DNA of 64,000 nucleotides from Psilocybe cubensis (Eukaryota): NCBI GenBank assembly GCA_017499595.2, contig CM039002.1, positions 1,426,001 to 1,490,000 of the forward strand, read 5' to 3'. Shown piece by piece: positions 50,825 to 63,300 of this stretch (position 1 is its first letter; each line of letters starts with the position of its first letter). The notes under the pieces were generated by a model. It saw only the letters and a program-made list of their open reading frames with translations, ran no database searches and was not told where the DNA came from. The position numbers and the translations under genes were made by a program.

Positions 50825-53343
50825 ATGATCAGCTCTCTTCTCCAAGTGTGCGCCTTATGCACGTTATCATGGGTTGGTTGGGCGATTATCAAGAGACTCT
50901 TTGTCAAGTCACCTCTCGACAATATACCTGGTCCACCAGCTAAGTCTTGGAAAGGCTGGTATTGTACTTCCTGACTGAAAATGCCTTGCTGAAGCTGTTC
51001 TTAGGCGTTTTCCCTGAGGTTTTCAATACCAATGCATGGGATTTTCATCGGAAGATGGCAGAGACCTGTACGTCATTCCTGGTCCTAATGAGTTGGTTGT
51101 TCAGCAAAATTCAATCAAACAGATGGAAGCGTCATTAAAATCAAAGCGTTGTTCGGAGTTCGTCCTTGTTTAATGTAATCTTCCTTATCTCTGAATGCTA
51201 ATAACACTCGTTCAACAGGAAAATCAACTTTATGTTTTCGATCCGAAGGCAATGCATCAAATCGTTGTAAAGGTAGTAAATAATTCATACCTCTGTAAAA
51301 TCAACCAGCTAAGTCCGATGTAGGATCAATACATATATGAGGAAACCTCATCGTTCATCGAGTACATTTCATCGTCTTTTGAATGACAGACCAATACCTA
51401 AAGCCGTTTGTAGGGGCAACAAAATTATTTTCGGTCATGGACTTCTTGGCACACTTGGTGGGCACTGTCGTCCTTCTGAGTGTACGTTCTTGGATTGACA
51501 TCAGTCTCGTAGGCGAACAACATCGCAAACAGCGTAAAATGCTAAATCCCGTTTTCTCCATTGCGCACATGCGTGAAATGGGTAATGTGCTTTAATTCAC
51601 CCGTAGAACTTTTGCTAATTTGTTCTATTAGTTCCCATTTTCTATCAAGTTGCTTACAGACTACGTGACGCAATGCAGAAAAGGACTAAAGACGGTGCAC
51701 GGGAGGTGGGTTGCATGAAAACCTTCACAATACTATACTAAAGGATCTTCAAGATCGATCTTCTATTGTGGATGAGTCGAACTGCGCTGGAACTCATTGG
51801 TCAAAGTGGGATCGGTTATTCCTTCGATTCTTTGGAGGAAGATGTTGCCACCCATCCGTACAGCAGAGTTGTGAAGAAATTGGCGTATGTAGTTATTTTG
51901 TGTTATTTTGCTAATTTACATTCAAACTCATCGGATCTATAGGCCGGTTTCTTTTAAGCTCATATTCCCTCGCACATATTTGCTTGCGCCACTAGTCAAA
52001 ATTGGAACTCCCAAACTCCGTAGGGCAATACTGAATTGGCTACCTTTTAAAACTCTCCATCAACTTCGAGACATCGTGGACACCATGCATGAAACTTCGG
52101 TCAAAATTTTAGACTCTAAAAAGAAGGCTCTGATGGAGGGGGACGAAGCGGTCGAAAGGCAAGTTGGTCGGGGAAAAGATATCTTGAGCATTCTTTGTGA
52201 GTACCAAATTGACTTTAATATTCACATGAGAGCTTATTGGGGGCTACAGTAAGGGCCAATATGAACGCTTCGGATGACGATAAATTGAGTGATGAAGAAG
52301 TCCTTGCACAATTATCGTCAGTCGGCAAAGCATTCACATTTGTTTGCCGGGGTATTGAGTGACTTAATTTTAGGACTTTGATATTTGCCGCGATGGACAC
52401 GACTTCGGGAGCACTTTCACGGATTCTTCACTTGTTGTCTATTCATCAGGACGTCCAAAGCAAACTCCGAGAAGAAATCACTGAGGCAAGGAAGCAAAAG
52501 GGCGGAGATCTCCCTTACGACGAATTGGTTAGCCTGCCTTATCTGGATGCGATATGTCGTGAGACACTCAGATTGTGAGTTTATGTCGTCATTGTCTGAA
52601 CCTACACTTTTAAACCTGTCATATCGATGGACCTAGGTACCCCCCCGTTTCAGTGGTGCAGAGGACGTGAGTATCTTACCCCTTTTCATGTGTTGAATAA
52701 AATTAGCTTATCGTTGTCCGCGACACAGTACCCGTCAAGATGTAGTTCTTCCGCTCTCAAATCCCATCAGAGGCGTGGACGGCAAGGAAATTACTGAAAT
52801 ACCCATCCCTAATAATACCAATGTCATTGTTGGAATTATGGCTTCGAATAGGAATCCGGAATTGTGGGGTCCTGATTCTTATGAGTGGAAGCCTGAGCGC
52901 TGGCTTAAACCCTTACCGGAAACTTTAATAAGCGCACATTTGCCTGGAATTTATTCCAACTTGTAAGAGTCTCGATGCATGATTATTAATTCCTGGTACT
53001 GACCAATCTCTGTTGTAGAATGACTTTCCTTGGGGGTGGAAGAGCATGCATGTAAGATCCAACGAACATCTCGTAAAGAATGGGACTGATTTTAGTTCTC
53101 TCTCAGCGGCTTTAAGTTCTCACAACTTGAAATGAGTACGTATAACTATCCTTTTCATTGCCTCATGTAACTCTGACCAATTCAATAGAGGTTGTATTGT
53201 CTGTTTTAATCGAGTCTTTCCGGTTCTCGGCCCCCAGTGACAAGAACATAGTATGGCAAATGAATGGAATTGCTACACCCACCACCGACGACGTAAATAA
53301 TTCCTATAACCACCTACCACTTGTTATGGAACTGGTGAAATAA
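50825..53343 (+). CDS. Cytochrome P450 (resembles the agaricomycete CYP5150 group)
   Basis: N-terminal TM plus PGPP, HRKQRKMLNPVFS, I-helix FAAMDTT, ETLR, KPERW, heme motif FLGGGRACIG. The family assignment is by resemblance only. Confidence 0.93.
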
Positions 53344-53954
53344 GTGCCGCACTCTGTAGAAAGCCGCCTGGATGTATGTCGAAGCCAGGACACTCAGGAA
53401 GTTGTCCTTCCTGTGGACATGTCTATGTATCCCATTTCTTCATTGTTACCCCTTTACCACGACCCAATTTTTAGCAATGTCCCACTCTCTTGAAAGCAGG
53501 AATTAGTAGTAATTCACAATCATCGTTAGTAGTATCCAATCATTACTGTTTGCTATTAGTATCAGGAAACCCCACCTGGTGAATTTTATCTTTGATTTTA
53601 CTAAACCCTCGACATAGTTCTGCTATATAATGGCATGAAGTAGACCCTCCTTTTCACAAATTTTATGATGGATTTTGGCATTTTACTAATTTTTTGGCGG
53701 TTTTCAACTTATTTGTTGGTGGTTGTGGGCAACAAATACAAAAAGGGAAAAAAGCCGAGTGATCATGTTTCATTGGTCAGCATCCTTATTTTATAACCCG
53801 AGTCAACAAAACAGGCCAATTAAGATTTGATAACGTCCATCGATCCCTTACCCTCGACGTATACCAGCCTGCTTCGGCAGTTCGTTTTTGCAACCTCGGA
53901 TCCAAGTCTTCGAGACTGTATAATACGCTAGGAGGTTTTATCAAATCTTAAAGA

Positions 53955-54623
53955 ATGCCTAAGGTCCAAAATTTTTATATCTTATTGCTCAAGAACCAAA
54001 CTCATAAATCCTTCAGAATAAAGGAAAGGTCTGTGGATCGACTTCCGGCTGCTTTCTCAAACAGAGATCAGACCCTGAACATATTCCGATAGGGTGGAAA
54101 AAACAGGAGACGTGGAAAGAACGAGAACGATGATGATAAGCGTGAGCTTGTGTTCCGTGAAGACGGACAAGAATACGCCCAGGTGATAAAAATGCTTGGA
54201 AATGGACGACTGGAGGCCCAGTGTTTTGACGGCGAGAAGAGATTAGCTCACATTCGAGGAAAGATGAGGAAAAAGGTGCGCAGCCTAGATTCTTATGCAT
54301 GATTACTTTCTCTGACATTGGTCGTACAATCATAAGGTTTGGATTAACCAGGGCGATATCGTTCTCCTTTCTTTGCGAGACTTCCAGGACGACAAGGCCG
54401 ATGTTATTGTGAAGTATACAGCCGATGAAGCCCGTAATCGTGCGTCTAATTTTCTCAGTACATATCCGATTCTCTCTGTATTGAATGTTCTGATTTAGTG
54501 AAAGCCTACGGAGAACTTCCAGAAAACGCCAAAATCAATGAAACGGATACCTTCGGTGAAGAAGACGGAGAATGCACATTCGAGTTCGGTGATGAGGGCG
54601 AGGTTGATATTGATGATATCTAA
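53955..54623 (+). CDS. TIF11: Eukaryotic translation initiation factor 1A
   Basis: Spliced [18 protein letters not shown]...[43 protein letters not shown]...DIDDI*. Confidence 0.97.
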
Positions 54624-55197
54624 TACATTTCTCCCATTTTCAGGCCTAGTGCCTTCCACCATGTGCATGAGCATTTTTATCAGTTTTTTTGGCATCATAT
54701 TCTCCCCCTGTTGTTTTTATTGTATCAACATTCCATTGCTCCAACGACCTCGCACTAGGACATACACCTTCTGTATGGCAGAACTCCTACCCTTCAAATC
54801 TATTAGATGCTCGAGTCAGCGTGAGTCAGGCCGGCATCAGGCTGACGAGGCTTTGCATGGGAATAGATCTCAGTCACGGTGACGTGATGGATCCGTTAGA
54901 GATTCCCTTAATCGCAAGGACATGATAATGACGTCTCGGAATCATATCCAGTGTTTTCGTATGTCGCCGAAGAAGTGCACAGTGGTGATCTACAAGTACG
55001 TTAAGACAATTCACTACACTGTCTTTTGTTGCTGTATGAAGACTTACCAGCGTGAGGTCATTATTAATCTTGGGGAAGGCGTGCTCTCGGCCTTTTGAAA
55101 AAAAAGAGCAAGAACTCTAAAGGAAGTCATTTAAGAAAATGTGGGCGAGTTTTCAATTGTATCATACCTCCCGGATAATCAAGGGGACTCTAAAAGG

Positions 55198-56004
55198 TCA
55201 GGTCATTTTCTTCAGAGTTTGCAAATCGGGAAGAATCTTTTTCTCCCTGTAAAGGTACTCCACAATATCCTGTGCGTTGGCCATAACGGCAATTTTGAGC
55301 ATGTCTGAATCCAAGGTCAACCTGTCTTCAAATTTGCGCCGCTTGCCCTTCTTCTTCGTTTCTTTCCTTTCCACCAGTAATTTTACCATTTCGAGATTCT
55401 TCTGGCGGACTGCGACCTTTACCGCTAGGTTATCTCTGCACGCAGGAGAGGCATGATGAGCGAGCAGAAATTGGACAAGAGGATTGAATCGCGCGTGCAC
55501 TGCTCGGGTGAGCGCGTATCCTTCGTTGGCGTTGGTATTGATCCTAGGTATTTCTGGTGCATTGTATAGGTAACGAAGAAAAGGAATAGGATAGCTATCC
55601 TTACTCCAACCCGGTGTAGGGGGAGCAAGGTTCTTGAACAGTCGTCGAGGTAGTTGAACTGCGGATTTACTTGGCCGAAAATCCTTGAGCAGCATTTGCA
55701 TTGCTTCGACAACTTTTTGTGTGCATAGTGGATACCGCAAGGCCTTTGTATAAACCTCAGAGAGATTAATTTCGTTGTTTTCTATCACCCTTCCGATGAT
55801 GTATTTCGCATGAAAGAAGGGCGAAGCTTGCTTATAGACATCGTTGAAATGATGGGAGGCGTGTGGGAGGTTCTCGGATAGAGCATATAGTTCTATATCG
55901 TACAAAAGCTATACGGAGTGTCAACTGACATATACAGAATATATATTAGAAGTGGAACTGACCTCTACTGGCAAGCTATTGATTCCAATAACTTGAAAGG
56001 ACAT
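55198..56004 (-). CDS. Ankyrin-repeat-like protein (2 exons)
   Basis: MSFQVIGINSLPVE/LLYDIELYALS; NANEGYALTRAVHARFNPLVQFLLAHHASP; AVKVAVRQKNLEMVKLLV. Confidence 0.75.
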
Positions 56005-56344
56005 CCGCCAGCTGCCAGGATTGATCAGTCTAAGATAAAGTACCGTCTTCTTCTTCTTCGGCTTCCTCCAAGGCACTCACGTAATAGTAAATATTACATA
56101 ATCGTGTTATTCGCTTCAATCCCACTGCAGGAACCATTTATAATTATATACCTTACACATCGTTCATCCGTGAACTTGCAACGCATACCCTTATATACAA
56201 TGGTATCTGAACCCCTTAGATGTGCTACAAAGCCACAAGGAGAACAGAAATGACCCAAAACTTGATTACACTTTCAGATGTCCGATAGTCCAAGATTCAA
56301 ACCATAGGAAAGAAAAGGTGAGAACAACGGAGTAGCTATCCACC

Positions 56345-57601
56345 TCATTGCGTCCAAATCTGATTCCCGTTTCCGTCGTAGCATTGCCATATTTGCAGCT
56401 GGTTTGAGTTGCTCAAATTACCATTCGTCAAGTCAAGGCAATATGCTGCGACAAAGGAGTCAACTCATGACGGTGGAGATCATTGGCGACCTTACCTGTT
56501 CCTTCGAGGATGATTTGACCGTTTGGCGATTTGTACCATCTTTGAGCCGGCAGCCCGTCGTAGCATTGCCATATTTTCATCCCGACTCCGTTCGCTGGTG
56601 CTACATATTCCCGAATGCCCAATCAACGCTTTTGCCAATGCGCGATGGTTTATAAACTTACTCGTTCCGGCATCCAGGCAGAAATTAGTCCCCGCTACCT
56701 GAATCTTGGTGGCTTCATTATTGAACACGAACTTTTGCGCCCCAGTTCCATTGCAGTCATATCTGTGCTCTGGGTTTAATCTTCTGGGCCAGACTCCGGT
56801 AATCTGTGAAAACGTACATTTGGACGGGTGTGCCGTTTGCATAGTTCGCTGCACGGACATCAACGCATTTTGTACTGCTGGCGGATGGGTGTATGGCCTT
56901 TGCAGAGGGAGGAGTAGGGAAAGCACCAGAAGGACAGAATCTGCGAGCAAGATCAGTCAAGGTCATTCGGGCTCTCTACTTTCGTAACCTCACGTTATGG
57001 TGAACGAAACATCGGAATGAGGGCATGCATAAACGGGTGGTGTAGGCGGAGTGTTTGATACTGGCGGAAACCTCGTCGGTGGCTGGGGGAATGCGTTCGT
57101 GCAATCCACATTATCACACCGGGCGACTGGACAGAAGCCCCCGCTCTTTCGACCGTGGTCAAACAGCATCTGCCTTCTGTGTAATTAAAAACACATACCT
57201 CTTGATAATTGGGAGCAATACTGATACCAGTATTGAATACGGCGGAATCTTTGACAATATAATAGTATGAGCTCTTTGTTGGGATAATGTCAGACTTTTT
57301 TTGCATCTTCAGAATAATCACTCACGTTGTTGTCTCCGTAGAATCCTGCGCGGGTTCCTATTGCGTTTCCTCCATTTGCGAAGACATAAAAGAAGCCAGC
57401 ATTGACACCCAAAGTTTTGGTGGTACTAGCTCCTGTAGCTAAGTTGCTGTCGAATAATCCGCCAATGTAGAATGCCACAGTGCTTGGACAGCTGTTAACG
57501 ATTTTATACTGTCTGGCACCCTGTGCATTGGTTACCCATATCAAACCAAATACAAAACATATGCGGAGTAGCGCAGTTGCGACGAAGCGGATATGTATCA
57601 T
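56345..57601 (-). CDS. Secreted thaumatin-like domain + ricin-B (CBM13) lectin fusion
   Basis: Signal peptide, YKIVNSCP...FNTGISIAP...FCPVARC...SFTITFCP (thaumatin-like ends), then KCVDV..ANGTPVQIYDCNGTGAQKF, CLDAG..KIWQCYDGLPAQRW, CLDLT..QIWQCYDGNGNQIW (QxW repeats). Confidence 0.85.
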
Positions 57602-58528
57602 CGAAGACTTCAAGAAGATTTGGACATAAACGGTCTCGCTATCCACATACTTATAGGTCTCGTAAACCTGGTAAATATAAATTGTGGGGGCTGTGGTCAA
57701 AAGTCTGGAGACTGATAAGGATCTGTAGTGCTCTAGGTATGCGAAGCCCGTCTGTCATGGTTTGCGGTAGATCCGCAAACATTGTAGGCCCCATAACTGG
57801 AAGACGCCCGCGTCATACCGATGTTCTGGAAGGTCATGAGCCTCGCTCCCGTAAGGCGAGGCGGTAGTATTATTTAATTAGTGATCTTAAAGTTTAACGT
57901 GTAACGAGGCTTCAGCTGGATCCTGTTTGAAGTGTTGGCCAGACCAAACGACCACATAAACCTAGCGTACATTTTTAGAGGTATATTTCCTCGTTGACCA
58001 GTGCATACCCTGCAACCAGACAGATCTACAATATATTGTACTTACTCCATGTTGAAAGTGGGCATCTTGTGAAAAATTCTGACGCCCGGTACAATATATA
58101 ATTCAATTCACTATTGTAATTCTCTTTCTCGTAGCATATATACGGTCTCAAATGTCCGTACCGAGTCGAGTGAAAGCACAATTCATACAAATGCCAAGAT
58201 CATTCAACCAAGCGCTAAAAGTGCCTGCAAATCAAGGACGTGAAACATACTATAGACTTTGAGTCAGTGCCTTTTAGCAAGTATAGTAGAGGTAAAGTTG
58301 CCATTAGCGAGACCAGATTTTCTATATTGGCAAACAAGGATTATAATACTATCCACGTTTCAAAGAAATTCTGTTGATGTACGATTCATAGTGATCGTGA
58401 TGACTAAACTATCGGTTCCTCTATAAAACAATTTGTTACGATTTTGTTTATCGGTATCCCTAACCAAACCTGACTTTAGGCTACTTACTTGACCTACAAT
58501 TTTTTCCGTACCCTCAACGGCGTGTAGG

Positions 58529-60303
58529 ATGGATCCTCAGGGTATCAGAACAATTGATACCCTTTCAATTCTTCGAAAAGAATCGTTGGATATCTTTAAT
58601 CGCCTTCATTCCATTGCAGAAGATGCTGCCTTCGTCCGACAGGTTCGAGCTGCCTACCCGGCCATCCCACTATTGCGTTTGTATCAAATGTCGCGATGGG
58701 AGACACATGGATACTAAACACGTTATATGCAGCCAATCTGCGTTGTGGATCGTGGTATGCGGATCCAAAAATTGTAGGCCCGAAATACTCTCAAGCTTTC
58801 TATCCTCAATGCCAAATTCAAGATTATTTTATCAGTCTGCCAAGATCCCAGCCTACTTCAAATCTACGGATGGTCATTTCAACAATTGGTCCTTTAATTT
58901 ACGACGTTCTAATCTACATTTACTCCCTCTCATAATGGAAGAAAATGGGTGATTCTGTCTTTCATACATTCACAAGTTTTGACTTCACTGAGATTCTTCT
59001 GCAACCTTATTAGTCTGATATTAGTCGACTCTACACGCGCAGGCAAAAGAATACCAGACGCCCTATCCAAAACGGTTCCTATTTGGTGTGCAGTTATCAA
59101 CCGTGCTTTGGTCATATTGCATCCCGAGCTGTCAAATGAGGAAAAGCGGCGTACCAAATGGGATTCCGCATTGTACACTCCTCCGTCAGCTGTGAGCAGA
59201 CAAGAACACGCTCAAATTGAACAACGGCTCGACAGTTGGGCTAGAGCACTTGCGGTATTACCAAAATTCTAGAAGATCTCGTTCTTGTTATGCTTACGGA
59301 TCGACAGGACTCGTCCTTTGTTCTTCCTGTTCTGCCTGCACCTCTCAGGCCTATGTGGATTACACCGGGAACCACTACATTTCCTGCATTGCCTACAAAG
59401 GACAATGATAACCTTGATTTTCTTCCTGTTGTCTGTTTGTCAGCTTCAAAACAGATTGAACAAGGGCTTGAAAGACGCTCATGTGGATTTTCTTATATTC
59501 AAGGTTCCGGAGATGACCACGAGCTTTGGGGCATGGTTAGTTCTCAACTACCACATCTTATGTCGATCATTCATTTTCTGCTGCAGGGTTTGACCCCTGA
59601 ATTATTTTGGGCAAACCACGACGAACTACTAGCGACTGAAAGACATCAACTTCCCGACCTGGTGTCACGGGTGGTATCTGTGCACATGTTATCTTGTAAA
59701 CGAGAAGGCCAATTACCTACTCCTGTGGCCAAGGTTGACGGGCGCCTTCTCATATGCGCTATCGGAGAAGTACCAGAGACACCAAAACAACCAGATTCTG
59801 AAGAAACAGATATTGCTTGTCTCATCCTTACCCCCTCCATTGAGCAGCAAACCACATCGACATCTTCGAAGTCTTACATACATTTGGCGCCTGGCAAAAA
59901 AGGCCAAACAGATTTTCTGCAAATTGTATTGCCCCAATCCATGGATTTCATTGCCAAAAATTTAGCTTTAGGAAGACGTGTTTGCATAGCCTGTGAATCA
60001 GGCAAGGATTATAGCGTGGGCGTCGCGTTGGCAGCTTTGCAATTATTTTTCACCGATAGAGGCACCCTACTGCGTAATGACGCCGAAAAAGAAAAGTCAT
60101 CAAATAGTAAGTTACTAAAACTGTCCGCAGTGAGTCCCTTAATTCTTGATTTTTCGGCAGAAATGGATAAAAATACAATTCGTACTCGACTTGAGTGGAT
60201 AGTTGCGAGTCGGCCTCAGGCCAATCCATCTCGAACGACACTCAAACGGGTCAATGAATTTCTGTTGACCCCGTCCTCCTTCCGTATAGCATCGAAGTCA
60301 TAA
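58529..60303 (+). CDS. RIT1: Initiator tRNA A64 2'-O-ribosylphosphate transferase
   Basis: NRLHSIAEDA, NLRCGSWY, AYFKSTDGH, LVDSTRAGKRIPDALSKTVPIWCAVIN, YIQGSGDDHELW, CESGKDYSVG, NPSRTTLKRVN. Confidence 0.95.
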
Positions 60304-60307
60304 CAGT

Positions 60308-63300
60308 CTAGCTCGTGCGCTGCCTTTCGACTTGCTGTATAGTGAATCCGGCAACGTTGGAATAAACAATCATTCGGAACATGAGCTCTACACCAGGGTT
60401 GTACGTTGAGGGGACAACATAATACTTTCCTGGTGCAAGAGTAGCGGATTGTATTGCGACGCCTGCGATAGCGTCATCATATGGACCTGATGTTGCTAAG
60501 TATTTTTGACGTTCAAAAGATGTCGCAAATCCGTCCTTCGAGCCTGGATAAATGGCAAGGTTGAGGGCCACGGCAGTCGATGGTTGGAGTAGCTGAAGCC
60601 GAATTCTTCACTCGGTATTAGCCTTATATCTTGTCAAAACTGTGGAATATTATCTTACATCACTCTTGCCGTAGAAGGTATCTCGAGTTCGAATATGGGA
60701 TTTTGAGAGTATTTGCCGAAAGATGACCCACCAGCCGCTGTTTGTCCCTCCCTGTATAATTGCTATAATCAAGACCACTCTTTTCAAATAGACAAAAGAC
60801 ACACCATGATCCACGGACAATCTTACTATACATGCCAGCACCTTCTTGCGGTATGGGCTTGAGATCGATCGGGAAAGAGGAATATACTTTTAATGAAAAA
60901 GGGCCTGTATAATGGGGTTCAAATGCTGAAGCTACAATAGTATATTCTCCGGCTAACAATCTCAGCCAAAGGGAATGTATCAATGGGGCAACATGAACTC
61001 ACCAGTTATGTTAAGAGATAGATTTGCTTGCCCGTAATTGTAGGCACCAGATGTACCTACAAGATCCTTTGAAGTAAGACTGAAACGAAATTACTTTGGG
61101 AGAGTGCAACGCAGAGAATAAATGCGCACTCTGCAACTCGTCGTCCCTGAGACCACACCACAGCTATATGGACTGGAATGTCTCTTTTGGTTTGGAGAGT
61201 AAGTATGGTCTTTGCCTTGCTATTATCAGCCGGGTTTCGAGCCGGGTAAACAGTCAATCTGTACTGCGGATTGGCCATGAACGTCGAGTACGTGTAGTTA
61301 CCGCCGCATGTTTTTGAAGTAAATGACCCATCTACCTTCAAGCGCAGTTCATAATTATATTCCTATTAGGAGAACAACAGAATAACTATACCTTTTCCGC
61401 GAACGGTGGTGTCTTTCTATTATAAAGCCATTTTATATCCATGCCGGGGTTGGAATACGCTGTCAAAGTAAAGCCGACCTCGCGGGCATCACCGTCGCAT
61501 GAAGCAGAGATGAATAGAACACCAGATCGTTGAGACTTCGGCACACGGGTCCTGGTCTAAAACTCGTAGCTCAGCTAATGTCTGAATGTTGTAGCCTTAT
61601 AAATCACCAATACGTGTGTGCTGTTTGTATATGTTCCCTTTTCAAATTAGTCAAATAATTCCATCAACACCAAGTATATCTTACTTTTGTCAAAAGAAGC
61701 CTCTGGTTTTCTGAAACATTTAACTCTTTGTTTTGGTCCTCTACCTCTACACGGAGAGCAATGAACTCTGAAGTCTGATGTGTATTGACGACGTGACGTG
61801 TCAATAAAATCCAGACTTCTTCATCCTGAGTACCACTGTTGGAAAATTCGATATATGCTTGACGTGATTCTGGAAAAAACTGAAGTTAGCAGTGCTGATA
61901 TCAACAGACACATAGCGTCACCATCATCATCATCGGTATTGCGTTTCCACATTCTGCAAAAAGGAGTTGTTAATCACTCACCAACAAACATTCATATACA
62001 CATACCCATGGTAAGTCAAGGTTTTCTTCCATATCATGGGATCCCAGCTCAAATATATTCCATCAAATATGTTCAATACGTCAGACCAAGGGATCTGTAG
62101 AGCCCCTATCCTTTGAATGTAAGTAGGGATACAAGGGTGACATATGTCGTGGCTCACTTGATGGTTCCTCCACGGAATCGTTATCTCGGACCCAAGAATC
62201 CAGCACCGTAAACATTCGACCTTCTTCGGCTTCATATGCATCTACAATAGAGTCAGTTTTCTGATAGTAACACCCACAGTAACCGTAAATTACTTGTCAC
62301 AGCATAGCTATGTGAAGGAAGGAATGACACGTCCCGCCACTGAGTATAAGTAGATGGGCCTGTTCCAAGTGTAATGACACAGTGGCCTATTATAATCAGC
62401 ACAAGACCTGGAACTAAAAAAAATCGTTTGAAGTACCAGCTGAAAAACCTTTCTGCAATCTTTCCCATGTCTTTTCCCTCTCAAAGGTAGAGCTGGAAAA
62501 AGTCTTGATTAAAAGTTTTGGCATAGCCGGCTCACTGACGGCATACCTTTTGATTTCAATATGTTCAGGTATCCAACCCGCGAAAGCACTGAAAAGCGCA
62601 TAAATTGATACAAAACAGCTAGATGATGCCTATTGCACTCACTGTAAATCAATGCTTGAATTCCTGTCAATAAATGTTAAAGTCATGCTGCTATGGTTGA
62701 CAAGGTAGTCACAATCACTAACGATCCTGGGAAATCGTAACCCCCCATCAACTTCATATACTTCGGAAAGAGTGAGCTACAGTAGATGCGAGGTGCACTT
62801 TACTCACGGCTTTCTCTAAAAGACTGGGCCAAATAGTATCCATTGACGCATTTCCACTTTGACCATCCGCCAGAGATGGTAAGACTGACATACACATTAA
62901 CATCCCTGAGTCAGGATGAAATGGTAACCGATCATCGATAACTGATTATGGTTAGTTATTAGAACTTCAGCGAAGTTGAAAGACATGCACCTATCTGAAA
63001 TTAGATAGTTATTATAAAGGGAAAATATTTTCTTAAATCAATGCTACGCACTCGACGCCAAGCACCATTAAATAAAACTCGAATATCGTATCGGCCATCT
63101 ATGACATGGGAGTTCTTTCCAGAGACACAATGAATAGCCGACTCAAGCTTGAAATATGTTAGTGAGGTCTCATAGTTCATTTCGACTGACATACAGATGT
63201 CCCAAATCTTCGACCATGTTCAAGACAGACAGATATAGATGCGCAAACGGAACAGTCTGTGACGATGTGCTGGATAATCTCCTCTGGAAGTATACACCTT

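Noticed and set aside
48631..53343. P450 next to an alpha/beta-hydrolase as a possible biosynthetic cluster
   Set aside because: No backbone enzyme (PKS, NRPS, terpene synthase, RiPP precursor) in the window, and the neighbours are housekeeping genes.
58398..58473. Plus-strand GTGATGA...CTGA pair
   Set aside because: Lies in the RIT1 promoter, with no terminal stem and no recognisable guide.
53955..60303. eIF1A and RIT1, both linked to translation initiation, within 4 kb
   Set aside because: Separated by two unrelated genes. There is no evidence beyond proximity.
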